DNA from: a virus | Direction: 5' to 3' (one strand) | DNA: 64,000 nucleotides | Virus record (IMG/VR): IMGVR_UViG_3300033124_000584 | Shown here: piece after piece, positions 49,447 to 59,442 of the stretch | Numbering within the stretch: position 1 is the stretch's first letter | Layout of the letters: each line of letters begins with the position of its first letter | Translations under genes and position numbers: made by a program | Notes under the pieces: model-generated | Database searches by the model: none | What the model was told of the DNA's origin: nothing | Seen by the model: the letters and a program-made list of their open reading frames with translations, nothing else

Positions 49447-50408
49447 TAGCAATTGAGGCTCCACAGCCCTACTTAGCAATTACATGGCAAGTTAACAACT
49501 ATTGTAACTTTAAATGTAGTTATTGCAACCCCGGTAACTGGGGAGGTACTGATATTAACGATGGTAATTTAGATTTGTATATCAACAATCTATCTACTAT
49601 GATTACTAAGTACAAAGCCGCAGGATATAAGAACTTTAAGTTTTTCTTCAGTGGCGGTGAACCTACAGCATGGAAAAACTTTATCCCAATATGTGAATGG
49701 ATTTATAAAGAACTACCCCGTGCCACACTAGCAGTTAATACAAACTTGAGTCGTCCATTAGCTTGGTGGGAAAAGCATTATCACTTATTCGATGACGTAG
49801 TTGCAAGTTTCCACGTTGAATTTAGTGATAAGAAAAGATATGAAGAAAATAGCATGTTTTTGTGCGACAAAGTTAACTATCTTTCTACAAAAATGTTGAT
49901 GCATGAAGAAAGATTTTGGGAAGTAGTTGATTACGGTAACTATTTAAAAACAGTTATGCCAAATTATTTCTTAGAATGGACTCCACTATTTGATGAGATG
50001 AGTGTTAATGCTGGCCCTTGGCAGTATAAAGATCCGGTAAAAGAACAATGGTTGCGTGAACACACAACAGAGATTCAGCAAACTAAACGCAAACCAATGA
50101 AACGTACAACACTTACGGTTAGTTACAATAAATATGAAGATGGTACAAGTGAAGTATGTAATAGTAACGAAGTTATAGTTGCAGGTAATAACTTCTTCAG
50201 TGGTTGGAATTGTAATGTAGGTGATGCTATTTTTATTAACCCAGTAGGAGAAATGAGTTTAGCTAGTTGTGGTCAGGGTGGATATGTAGGTCACATATTA
50301 ACAGATATTAATAGGGTAGGCCCAAAACAAATTGTATGTGAAAAAGAGCATTGTCATTGTGGTACCGATATTATTATACCCAAATTTATAGAAGAACAAT
50401 ATGAGTGA
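49431..50408 (+). CDS. Radical SAM protein with a C-terminal Cys-rich (twitch-like) domain (rSAM-5)
   Basis: CNFKCSYC, FFSGGEPT, VNTN; C-terminal WNCNVG...SCGQ...CEKEHCHC. Confidence 0.9.
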   Translation: MGKKLIAIEAPQPYLAITWQVNNYCNFKCSYCNPGNWGGTDINDGNLDLYINNLSTMITKYKAAGYKNFKFFFSGGEPTAWKNFIPICEWIYKELPRATLAVNTNLSRPLAWWEKHYHLFDDVVASFHVEFSDKKRYEENSMFLCDKVNYLSTKMLMHEERFWEVVDYGNYLKTVMPNYFLEWTPLFDEMSVNAGPWQYKDPVKEQWLREHTTEIQQTKRKPMKRTTLTVSYNKYEDGTSEVCNSNEVIVAGNNFFSGWNCNVGDAIFINPVGEMSLASCGQGGYVGHILTDINRVGPKQIVCEKEHCHCGTDIIIPKFIEEQYE

Positions 50409-51714
50409 TAAGATTAAAATAGCATATAATTGGATAGGGCCTCGAGGCCCTATCCCCAATACCGAAGTTCCTAATATTCTTAATCTAGCTTCTGTTGCAC
50501 AATCAGCATCTACTAATAGTCATAGATTTTGGAGTGATAGCATATGGCATTTGTTATTTTGTAATAACTATGGTTATGATTTAAGTTCAACTAATTTTTT
50601 AACACAAGATGATATATTCATATATCCAATGGCTCTTACGTGGAGATTAAGTTTTACAACATATTTTTATCAAACTTGTGGAATTTTAGAATATTCAGAT
50701 ACTAGCGAACAAACACTATATCATATTAGACACCTTAAGGGATTTATATTAATTGAGGATAGCGCGGAAGCACATATTTTACCTAATCATTTAGAACAAA
50801 TGCATGAATATTTTAAAATAAATAATATTCCTATGAATAAGGTGATATATCTTACTGGTTGTATGAATGCCCAACTATTATATGAACAATGGTGTTTTGA
50901 ACGCGGACATCATAGACCCGAAGATAAAATGAATATTTTCTCTTATCCAATTTCTCAAGATAGTTTAGCTATATATTTTACTACGCATAACCCACAAGTA
51001 CCTGAATATGATACCGAACGAGTTCCTGAAAAATTGTTTTTATCATGGAATCGCAGATTTAGAACACATAGGGTAGCAATTGGGTTTGGTTTAGACAAAT
51101 TAAAATTAATAGAGCGTTCGTATATAAGTATGGGTTTGACGGATCCTGAAAATACTCATATGCATATAACACAATCATACAATGATTGGTTACTAATGGA
51201 CATGCATATTACACCGGAAGACAAAAATAATTTTGTAAATAAACTACCATTGGTGTTAGATGGAGAAACTAATATTAATCAAATGTGTCAAGATTTTAAT
51301 GATGCAACTAGGCCTTATTATCAAAATAGCTTAGTTAGTATAGTAAGTGAAACAAACTTTGATGCACAAGAGGTAACATTAACTGAAAAATCATTTAAAC
51401 CAGCAAAAGAAAAACATCCATTTATCACCGTTGGTGCACCGGGAACATTAAGAGCATTAAGAGATATGGGATTCAAAACTTTTAATACATTCTGGGATGA
51501 AGGGTACGATGATGAAGTTGAGCCAAGAGAAAGAATGAAAAAAATTTTAGATATATGCCAACACATTTCTACATGGAATAATCATCAAATAATTGACTTT
51601 AGACGTAGAGTTAAACCAATATTAGATCATAACTATGAAATATTAAAAACAAGATATTCGGTTATAGTTGCGACTAAAATAAGAGAAAGAATATTAGAAG
51701 TAACAAATAAATAA
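50401..51714 (+). CDS. Putative glycosyltransferase (GT10-like family paralog)
   Basis: FLSWNRRFRTHR; SIVSETNF...TEKSFKP...HPFI...GFKTF...DEGYD. Confidence 0.55.
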   Translation: MSDKIKIAYNWIGPRGPIPNTEVPNILNLASVAQSASTNSHRFWSDSIWHLLFCNNYGYDLSSTNFLTQDDIFIYPMALTWRLSFTTYFYQTCGILEYSDTSEQTLYHIRHLKGFILIEDSAEAHILPNHLEQMHEYFKINNIPMNKVIYLTGCMNAQLLYEQWCFERGHHRPEDKMNIFSYPISQDSLAIYFTTHNPQVPEYDTERVPEKLFLSWNRRFRTHRVAIGFGLDKLKLIERSYISMGLTDPENTHMHITQSYNDWLLMDMHITPEDKNNFVNKLPLVLDGETNINQMCQDFNDATRPYYQNSLVSIVSETNFDAQEVTLTEKSFKPAKEKHPFITVGAPGTLRALRDMGFKTFNTFWDEGYDDEVEPRERMKKILDICQHISTWNNHQIIDFRRRVKPILDHNYEILKTRYSVIVATKIRERILEVTNK

Positions 51715-51717
51715 ATT

Positions 51718-52695
51718 ATGAAAAAAATATTAGTATGCGGTGCAGGCGGATTCATAGGATCACATTTAGTAGAAAAACTAAAAGAACAAGGACATTATGT
51801 CATTGGAACAGACCTTCATTATCCATTATATAATGAAACACTTGCAGATGAGTTTTACATTATGGATTTGCGTGAACAAGATAATGTTCGTAAATTAATT
51901 ACAAATGAGATAGACGAAATATATCAACTAGCCGCCGATATGGGAGGAGCAGGTTATATCTTTACGGGGGAACATGATGCTGATATTATGCACAATAGTT
52001 GCCAAATTAATTTAAACATATTAGACGCAATGGTAAAAAAGGGTGTAAAAAAAGTATTCTACAGTTCAAGTGCATGTATGTACCCGGCACATAATCAAAC
52101 TGATCCTGATAATCCTTTACTATCTGAAGATTCTGCATACCCTGCAAATCCAGATAGTGAGTATGGTTGGGAAAAACTATTCAGTGAACGATTGTATATG
52201 ACATACGCTAAGAATTATAACTTAGATGTTCGTATTGCACGTTTTCATAACATCTTTGGCCCAAAAGGTTCTTGGGATAATGGTAAAGAAAAGGCTCCGG
52301 CAGCACTGTGTCGTAAAGTAGCACTGTGTAAAGATGGTGGTGTTATTGACGTTTGGGGCCCGGGCAACCAAACACGTTCATTCTTATTTATTGATGAGTG
52401 TGTTGAAGGCATGCAACGTATCATGGCTAGTAATTATACACAGCCAGTTAATCTAGGAAGCACTAGAATGATTAGCATTAATAACTTAGTGTTGTTAATC
52501 GCAAAATTGAATGGAAAACATATTAGCATTCGCAACGTCAACGGCCCATTAGGTGTTATGGGACGTAACAGTGATAACAAACTAATTAAAGAAGTTATCA
52601 ACTGGGCACCTGATGAAGATTTAGAGTCAGGCTTAATCAAAACATATAACTGGATTGATGAACAAATACAATTAGGCTTGAAGGATGCCGCATGA
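51718..52695 (+). CDS. NAD-dependent epimerase, GDP-mannose 3,5-epimerase-like
   Basis: GAGGFIG, LAADMGG, YSSSACMYP, YGWEK (YxxxK) and ARFHNIFGP.G.W..GKEKAPAALCRK follow the GME signature, including the catalytic Cys and Lys positions. Confidence 0.85.
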   Translation: MKKILVCGAGGFIGSHLVEKLKEQGHYVIGTDLHYPLYNETLADEFYIMDLREQDNVRKLITNEIDEIYQLAADMGGAGYIFTGEHDADIMHNSCQINLNILDAMVKKGVKKVFYSSSACMYPAHNQTDPDNPLLSEDSAYPANPDSEYGWEKLFSERLYMTYAKNYNLDVRIARFHNIFGPKGSWDNGKEKAPAALCRKVALCKDGGVIDVWGPGNQTRSFLFIDECVEGMQRIMASNYTQPVNLGSTRMISINNLVLLIAKLNGKHISIRNVNGPLGVMGRNSDNKLIKEVINWAPDEDLESGLIKTYNWIDEQIQLGLKDAA

Positions 52696-53579
52696 AAAAA
52701 TATATTATTGGATTAGGATGTAGTTGGACTCAAGGTGAGGGCGGTTACCCTGATTCAGTTTGGCAATCACACGGTGGAAGAGTACAAGTAAGAGGTAAAA
52801 GTGATTACTATCTACGAGAAATTGAACACGAAAATAGTTGGGTTAATGTATTATGTCGGGATCACTTTCCAGAATATGAACCCGTTAATCTAGGCGTGAG
52901 GGGTATAGGCAACAAAGCCGCAGTAGGACAATTACATTTTTGTGATAAAGTAGATTTTAATAATAGTACTGGTATAATTGTATTAATGCTAAGTGGGTTT
53001 GAAAGGTTTGATGTATTTCAACAACATCCACTACAACATCCACTTGGTAGTACTAGTCAGAATGATTTCTATTCTAAGAATAAATATCGTCACTATAAAT
53101 GGAGAACAGCATGGCCAATACCCGGACATGACACCGGTGATGCGGCATTTTGGGATGTATATGGTCGAGAATTATGGAGTGAACAATTTGTCTCTGCACA
53201 TCAAATGAGCAATCTGTTAGACTTGCAAACATTTGCAAAAGCATACGGGTATAAAGTTGTTGTCGCTAATGCATTCAATAACCGACAAGAGGGTATAAAA
53301 ACATATTTGCGAAATAATGCAGATTATTTGGTTGATAAGTTTGATTGGTCTACTTATATACATGAAACAACACCTTATTCCGCATTTGTTCAAAAATTAG
53401 TAGAGTTAGATGGACTTATGCCTGCACAGAATTGGGGAGGATTCCATCAGTATTATCATAAGCGTGAATGGCCCGCTAAATATCTTACAAACTGTGAAGG
53501 AGCACACCCTACATTAGAAGGGTATAAAGTGATCGGTGCTGAATTAGCACAGTTTATAAGATCAAAAGGCTATGTCTAA
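52692..53579 (+). CDS. SGNH/GDSL-like hydrolase or acyltransferase
   Basis: Block I GLGCSWTQG, block II NLGVRGIGN, block V EGAHPTLEGY. Confidence 0.6.
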   Translation: MKKYIIGLGCSWTQGEGGYPDSVWQSHGGRVQVRGKSDYYLREIEHENSWVNVLCRDHFPEYEPVNLGVRGIGNKAAVGQLHFCDKVDFNNSTGIIVLMLSGFERFDVFQQHPLQHPLGSTSQNDFYSKNKYRHYKWRTAWPIPGHDTGDAAFWDVYGRELWSEQFVSAHQMSNLLDLQTFAKAYGYKVVVANAFNNRQEGIKTYLRNNADYLVDKFDWSTYIHETTPYSAFVQKLVELDGLMPAQNWGGFHQYYHKREWPAKYLTNCEGAHPTLEGYKVIGAELAQFIRSKGYV

Positions 53580-55503
53580 AAAAATCGTTAGTTTTGTCAA
53601 TCCAAACTTTCAGCAGGGTCCAAAAGAATTTAATGCATATTATCTTCCATATAGCCCTGCTGTATTATGGAGCTATGCCTCACAATTTAGTGAAATCTCG
53701 GACAGTTATGAATTAGGTGAATTCATTTGGCGCAGAGATTTAATTGAAGATGTAGTAGAACGATTAAAAACTCACGATGTAATTGGATTTAGTACTTATA
53801 TTTGGAACCGTAGCTATAACACAGTACTTGCACGTGAACTTAAAAAAGCCAATCCAAACATTCTTATACTAGGCGGCGGACCGGAGTATCCTATTGAAAA
53901 ACCAAATTTCTTTAAAAAATATCCATTTATTGATATCTGTGCAAAGTTAGAGGGTGAAAAGTCATTCAAACAAATATTAGAAACATATTTAACTAGTAAA
54001 GACTTTACTAAGATTCCAGGATTAATTATTAATGACAATGGTAAAACAATTGACACCGGAGATGCAATTCGCATCGATGACTTGGATGTAATTCCTAGCC
54101 CGTATCTAACTGATGTATTTAAGTCACTCATGGAAAAACATCCTGAAATACGTTGGAATGCCACACTAGAATCAAACAGAGGTTGTCCATATGCTTGTAC
54201 CTTTTGTGATTGGGGCTCATTAACGTATAATAAAGTAAAAACATTTGCGCTTGAACGGGTGTATGCCGAATTAGAATGGGTGGGTCGTAACAAATGTGAC
54301 TTTGTTAGTTTAACTGATGCTAACTTTGGTATCTTTGCGGAACGTGACAGTTTGATTGCAGATAAACTAATTGCTGTCCAAAAAGAATATGACAATCCAA
54401 AAGCATACACTATTAGTTGGGCAAAGAATCAAAAACGAGAAGTTGTTGATATTGTTCGTAAGTTAATTTATGAAGGTGGCGCAAAGATTGGATTGAACCT
54501 AAGTGTGCAAACAATGGATGACAACGTGCTTGATATTATTAAACGTAGCAACCTTGAAATGAATAAGATTGAAGAAGTGTTTGATATGTGCGAAGAACAT
54601 AATATCCCATTATATACAGAATTAATTTTAGGTCTACCCGGGGAAACACTTGAAACGTGGAAACAAAACTTCTATAAACTATATAGAGCCGGCAATCATA
54701 CAGGAGTTACTGTATATCAAGCACAACTATTAGAAAATGCTGAAATGAATTTGCTACAGCGTAAACTTTATCAGCTTGAAGGTAAAGTAGTTTATGATTA
54801 TCTTGTGGGAACGTACAACGAACATGAACTACAAGAGGGTGTTGAAGTTATTGTGTCAACAAAAGATATGCCACGTGAAAAAATGATTGATGCACAAGTA
54901 TTCAGTTGGTTTATGAATACGTTTCACATTAATGGTATTACTAATTATATCAGTAGATTTTTGTTTAGATATTCTGATATATCATATGAAGATTTCTATG
55001 AAAAACTACTAGAATATATTAAGCAAGATCCATGGTTTGCTAGTGAAATTGAACGAATCAAAGAACACTACACTCGATGGACTACAGTGGGTAGAATTGA
55101 CCACGACCCTATTCAAGGTATTGAGATTCACGGTTGGAACTTAATTAACAGTACATTGATTAACTTACATAGTCAAGATAAACACGAACATGCATTCAGT
55201 CTTATATATGATTTTACAACACAATTTAATCTGCCTCAGGATATATTTGAAGAACTAATGAAGTTTCAAAGTACTTTCTTAGTCGACCACAAAAAGACAC
55301 ATCAGTACCCACAGGTTTTACATTTTAAACATGATATTTTGGGTTATATTCAAACAGATATGGAACTTAATAATCCAGCTAGTTATGAATTTGATTTCCC
55401 TGAAGATAAAGACATGAGTTTACAGCGATTTTGCGAACAAATATTCTTTGCTAGAAGAAGAAATTTTGGTAAATCATGGGTAACTAAACATGGCATTAAT
55501 TAA
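53572..55503 (+). CDS. Cobalamin-binding (class B-type) radical SAM enzyme 1
   Basis: N-terminal B12-binding region (YLPYS...VIGFSTYIWN...ILGGGP), ESNRGCPYACTFCDWG, DANFG, ELILGLPGET. Confidence 0.9.
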   Translation: MSKKIVSFVNPNFQQGPKEFNAYYLPYSPAVLWSYASQFSEISDSYELGEFIWRRDLIEDVVERLKTHDVIGFSTYIWNRSYNTVLARELKKANPNILILGGGPEYPIEKPNFFKKYPFIDICAKLEGEKSFKQILETYLTSKDFTKIPGLIINDNGKTIDTGDAIRIDDLDVIPSPYLTDVFKSLMEKHPEIRWNATLESNRGCPYACTFCDWGSLTYNKVKTFALERVYAELEWVGRNKCDFVSLTDANFGIFAERDSLIADKLIAVQKEYDNPKAYTISWAKNQKREVVDIVRKLIYEGGAKIGLNLSVQTMDDNVLDIIKRSNLEMNKIEEVFDMCEEHNIPLYTELILGLPGETLETWKQNFYKLYRAGNHTGVTVYQAQLLENAEMNLLQRKLYQLEGKVVYDYLVGTYNEHELQEGVEVIVSTKDMPREKMIDAQVFSWFMNTFHINGITNYISRFLFRYSDISYEDFYEKLLEYIKQDPWFASEIERIKEHYTRWTTVGRIDHDPIQGIEIHGWNLINSTLINLHSQDKHEHAFSLIYDFTTQFNLPQDIFEELMKFQSTFLVDHKKTHQYPQVLHFKHDILGYIQTDMELNNPASYEFDFPEDKDMSLQRFCEQIFFARRRNFGKSWVTKHGIN

Positions 55504-56623
55504 CAAAGATAACACCTTGTTTTTAGGAGGACAAGAGTATTACTTGCGACCATTATCCTACACTAAAGATATTCATAATTTTGAGGATACTGATTACTGG
55601 TATGCTGAATTTTTTAACCACGATTCAATTCATCATTTGACTAATCCAGATGTATTGTCACCTGATACGTTAGAAAGATTGCAGAACAAAACATGTGTAT
55701 TAATGCTTAACAATGCACATGAAGCATTTCATACAGTAGTAAAACCAATATATGATATTGCAATTAAACAATTAAACATTCCACCAGAACAGATTGTATT
55801 AATTAGTGAATCAGCAGTAATAAACAAAGAAGTAGAAAAAGTAGCAAATGAATATACTCTAGCAAAGATTAAAACAGAATGGATGCGATTGTTTGAACAC
55901 GACACTATGGTAGTTGAACACAATCCAATAGCTACATTAGAACATAAACAATATACTAAAAAGTTTATTAGTTTGAATAGACGATGGAGATTACATCGAC
56001 CTGCATTAGTTGCATTATTAGAATTAAATGGATTAATTGATAATGGTTATGTCAGTCTTGCTAGAGCAGATGACGGGAAAGATTGGGATGTGTTTTTTGA
56101 TGAAATGACTTGGACATTAAGACACAATAGTGATTTTGTCAATATCTTTGTACACAATAAAGACAGAGTTAAGAATATACCGGAAATGAAATTGGATCAA
56201 TCAGACATGACCATTAACCATGCACATGTGCTTACTGATTCAACTGACATGTATTATGAGAACACGTATTTTAGTGTAATATCAGAAACCAATTTCTTTA
56301 AAGAAACAGGTGAGGGTTTGTTTGTTAGCGAAAAGATTTTTAGACCAATATTAAAAAAACACCCATTTATACTTTTATCTAGACCACACACGCTAAATAC
56401 GATGCAAAACATAGGGTACAAAACATTTGGATCTATCATCAATGAAGAATATGATAGTGAAGAAGATGATTGCAAACGAATGTTAATGATAATTGATGAA
56501 ATAAAAAGATTATGTAATTTATCCGATATTGAACTACAATTATTTTTAAATGAAGCCAAACATATCACAGAATACAATTATCAGGTACTTTTAAATAAAC
56601 GAGAATTTTTAACAAAATTATGA
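55490..56623 (+). CDS. Putative glycosyltransferase (GT10-like family paralog, closest to 3163-4227)
   Basis: FISLNRRWRLHRP, VSLARADD, SVISETNFF...VSEKIFRP..KKHPFIL...GYKTF...EEYD. Confidence 0.55.
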   Translation: MALINKDNTLFLGGQEYYLRPLSYTKDIHNFEDTDYWYAEFFNHDSIHHLTNPDVLSPDTLERLQNKTCVLMLNNAHEAFHTVVKPIYDIAIKQLNIPPEQIVLISESAVINKEVEKVANEYTLAKIKTEWMRLFEHDTMVVEHNPIATLEHKQYTKKFISLNRRWRLHRPALVALLELNGLIDNGYVSLARADDGKDWDVFFDEMTWTLRHNSDFVNIFVHNKDRVKNIPEMKLDQSDMTINHAHVLTDSTDMYYENTYFSVISETNFFKETGEGLFVSEKIFRPILKKHPFILLSRPHTLNTMQNIGYKTFGSIINEEYDSEEDDCKRMLMIIDEIKRLCNLSDIELQLFLNEAKHITEYNYQVLLNKREFLTKL

Positions 56624-57417
56624 TTACAGATTTAAAAAAATATAAAAGAGTGTTTGCATTTGGGTGTAGTTTTACATGCTATCTATATCCTACTTGGGCA
56701 GACATAATTTATAAATCTATGAGCCCTAATGTAGAATTTTATAATTTAGGTCAATCCGGCGGCGGAAATCTTTTTATATCACATAGAATAGTAGAAGCAA
56801 ATAGAAAATATAAATTTAATGAAGATGATTTAATTATACTAATGTGGTCGACCTATGCTAGAATTGATTTTTATAGAACTGATTGGGGTTGGATAACACC
56901 CGGTAATATATATACTCAAAATCAACTAAGTGAATCCACTGTCAAGGAGATAGAGGATTTAAATTGGTTTTTAATGCGTGATTTATCAACTATAGATTTA
57001 ACGACTAATTATCTCAATAATCTACCATGTGATACTATTAAACTTATGTCAGTTCCATTTGATTATGAACAATTAGAAAGATTTAATGAATTAAATAAAA
57101 TTACAAAATCTATATTTGATTTATATTCAGACTTGAATACTGATTATCCAAAATCATTATTTGACTATTTGGGTAGAAAATGGAACTCAATAATTAGATA
57201 CACTGATTCAGATATGCCAATCGACTATCACCCTACACCAGTGGATTATAAAAATTATTTAATTGACTGTGGTGTACCTATATCACAAGAAGCAATTGAT
57301 TATGCACACGAATCATTAAACAAACTATTAACCCCTAATATATCTAAATTAGACGCAATTAATATGTTTCCTGATTGTGATGACAGAGTTTCTAAATCTC
57401 GAAAACATTTATGGTAA
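56620..57417 (+). CDS. SGNH/GDSL-like hydrolase or acyltransferase
   Basis: AFGCSFT, NLGQSGGGN, DYHPTP. Confidence 0.55.
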   Translation: MITDLKKYKRVFAFGCSFTCYLYPTWADIIYKSMSPNVEFYNLGQSGGGNLFISHRIVEANRKYKFNEDDLIILMWSTYARIDFYRTDWGWITPGNIYTQNQLSESTVKEIEDLNWFLMRDLSTIDLTTNYLNNLPCDTIKLMSVPFDYEQLERFNELNKITKSIFDLYSDLNTDYPKSLFDYLGRKWNSIIRYTDSDMPIDYHPTPVDYKNYLIDCGVPISQEAIDYAHESLNKLLTPNISKLDAINMFPDCDDRVSKSRKHLW

Positions 57418-58412
57418 CTCTGTATTATAATTTAATTGATGGTATTGATATTGATAAGATTACAAACGATGTTATTAACAAAATTCCAGACAAGGTTGTT
57501 ATCTTTAATGAATTAGAATGGGAATTAAAACAACTCACAATTCAATTTATTCAATTTTTAAAAGATAGAAATGTTCAAATAGAAATTATATTTGGAAGTT
57601 TTCACACCAAATACTACGATGATTATTGTGACCGTTTAGGATTAAATTATAATAGTCTAACGTTTTGGCCTACTTATTGGATGCCGTGGACTGAAATGTG
57701 CTTGAATAGTGTAATAGACCACACTACTTATCAAGTTAATACTGATTTTAAATACCCTTTTATTTGCTTAAACAATAAAAATCATACACATCGTTGTGCT
57801 TTAATTGACCATTTGTCAAAGTATAATCTTATTGACAGTGGGGTAGTTACTTGGCATAAGTTTCCTAACTCTACGTATGAATATGATTTTAAATATTATG
57901 ATGATAGTATTAGATTAATAGATGATGATTTTGTTATTAAACTAGATTCATTTTTGTTACCTCATCAATGGCATGAATCTTTTTTACATGTTATTGGTGA
58001 GGCAACAATTAATGCAGATTTTATTACAGAAAAAACAGTAATCCCGTTATTACTGAAAAAACCCTTTGTCTGTATTTCTACTAAAAATTGGAATAAAAGG
58101 TTAAAGGATTTAGGGTTTGTGTTATATGATGAAATAATTGACTACTCATATGATTCCCATGATAATGTTGAAGTAAGAGCAGATAAGTTATGTGAAAGCA
58201 TTAGCAAACTATCAACTAATTACAGTGAGTTATATAAAATAATTGAACCTAAAATTCAACATAATTATAATAGATGTTTAGAAATTATTAAGGATAAAAC
58301 ATTTATCCCTTCAACTGTTATTGATAGAGTTACGCAAATGTCAAATAGTAATTATATGTCAATGCACACAGATCCTCGATATGAAAATATAGTGAGAAAT
58401 TGCAATGATTAA
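57411..58412 (+). CDS. Putative glycosyltransferase (GT10-like family paralog)
   Basis: YPFICLNNKNHTHR; HVIGEAT...FITEKTVIP..LKKPF...GFVLYDEIIDYSYD. Confidence 0.5.
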   Translation: MVTLYYNLIDGIDIDKITNDVINKIPDKVVIFNELEWELKQLTIQFIQFLKDRNVQIEIIFGSFHTKYYDDYCDRLGLNYNSLTFWPTYWMPWTEMCLNSVIDHTTYQVNTDFKYPFICLNNKNHTHRCALIDHLSKYNLIDSGVVTWHKFPNSTYEYDFKYYDDSIRLIDDDFVIKLDSFLLPHQWHESFLHVIGEATINADFITEKTVIPLLLKKPFVCISTKNWNKRLKDLGFVLYDEIIDYSYDSHDNVEVRADKLCESISKLSTNYSELYKIIEPKIQHNYNRCLEIIKDKTFIPSTVIDRVTQMSNSNYMSMHTDPRYENIVRNCND

Positions 58413-59442
58413 AATTACAGATGTTTGGACTCTCAATTTTAATTTATTCGTAGATGACATTATTAATAACATTCAGTATGTTAAAATGGTTATACTTGAT
58501 TGTTTGCATGAAGTTGACCACTACGATAAAGTTTTTAATAAACACGACATAGATAGATTATTAAATGTTACTCAGTATTATAACGTTCCGGTAAAAATTT
58601 TAACTTCAAACAATAATAAAAATTTGGCTCTTGCAAGATTTTTAAACGTTTCAATTATTTGTTGGGATACATTCTGGTTTGAAAGAACATATCGAATATG
58701 GTTACTGCACGATGAATATAATCAAACAAAGGGCATTGACATAAAAGATGATAATGTTTGTAAGGATTTTGAATTAAACTATCCATTCATATGCCTCAAT
58801 AATGTTGTAAAACTTCATAGAAGTATAATGATGGACTTACTTGCTAAACATGAATTGTTGAATCAAGGTGCAATAACATGGCGCGGGGTATCTCATAGTG
58901 GGATCAATAATTATAAGTATAAACACTGGGATCCCAAAATATTAATTTTAGATCAAAATTTGGATGTAAAATTTAATCAAGAAACAATGCCAATAGAATT
59001 TAATCATTCATTTATGCAATTGGTTACGGAAACAGAAGAAAACGAATCATTTTTTAGTGAAAAAACAACAACTCCTATTCTTTTGAATAAACCTTTCTTA
59101 GTTGCATCTAATGTTGGTTTCCATCGTACATTGGAACAACTAGGCTTTCAATTATATACTGAACTATTTGATTATTCATTTGACGATGAAACGGATATTG
59201 TTATCCGATATGAAAAAATAGCTGAGAATGTAAAGCGTTATGTAGGGATAAGCCCATCTGAGTTAAAACAGCAATACAATAAAGTAATTGATAAAATTAC
59301 CTACAACAGAAAACTTGCAATGAAATATGCAACTACTGTTCCGGATGAAGTTAGACAACTACATTTGTTGGTCGAAAAAAATAACATAGATTACAATGGC
59401 CCACTAAATAAAATCAAATACTTAATAAACGGAAATCTATGA
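58405..59442 (+). CDS. Putative glycosyltransferase (GT10-like family paralog, sister of the upstream gene)
   Basis: YPFICLNNVVKLHR; QLVTETE...FFSEKTTTP..LNKPF...GFQLYTELFDYSFD. Confidence 0.5.
   Translation: MIKITDVWTLNFNLFVDDIINNIQYVKMVILDCLHEVDHYDKVFNKHDIDRLLNVTQYYNVPVKILTSNNNKNLALARFLNVSIICWDTFWFERTYRIWLLHDEYNQTKGIDIKDDNVCKDFELNYPFICLNNVVKLHRSIMMDLLAKHELLNQGAITWRGVSHSGINNYKYKHWDPKILILDQNLDVKFNQETMPIEFNHSFMQLVTETEENESFFSEKTTTPILLNKPFLVASNVGFHRTLEQLGFQLYTELFDYSFDDETDIVIRYEKIAENVKRYVGISPSELKQQYNKVIDKITYNRKLAMKYATTVPDEVRQLHLLVEKNNIDYNGPLNKIKYLINGNL

Noticed and set aside
41128-50408. RiPP cluster (SPASM enzymes plus precursor peptide)
   Set aside because: No short precursor with a leader/core pattern, RRE/PqqD domain, protease or transporter seen; neighbours are sugar enzymes. 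Not fully excluded.
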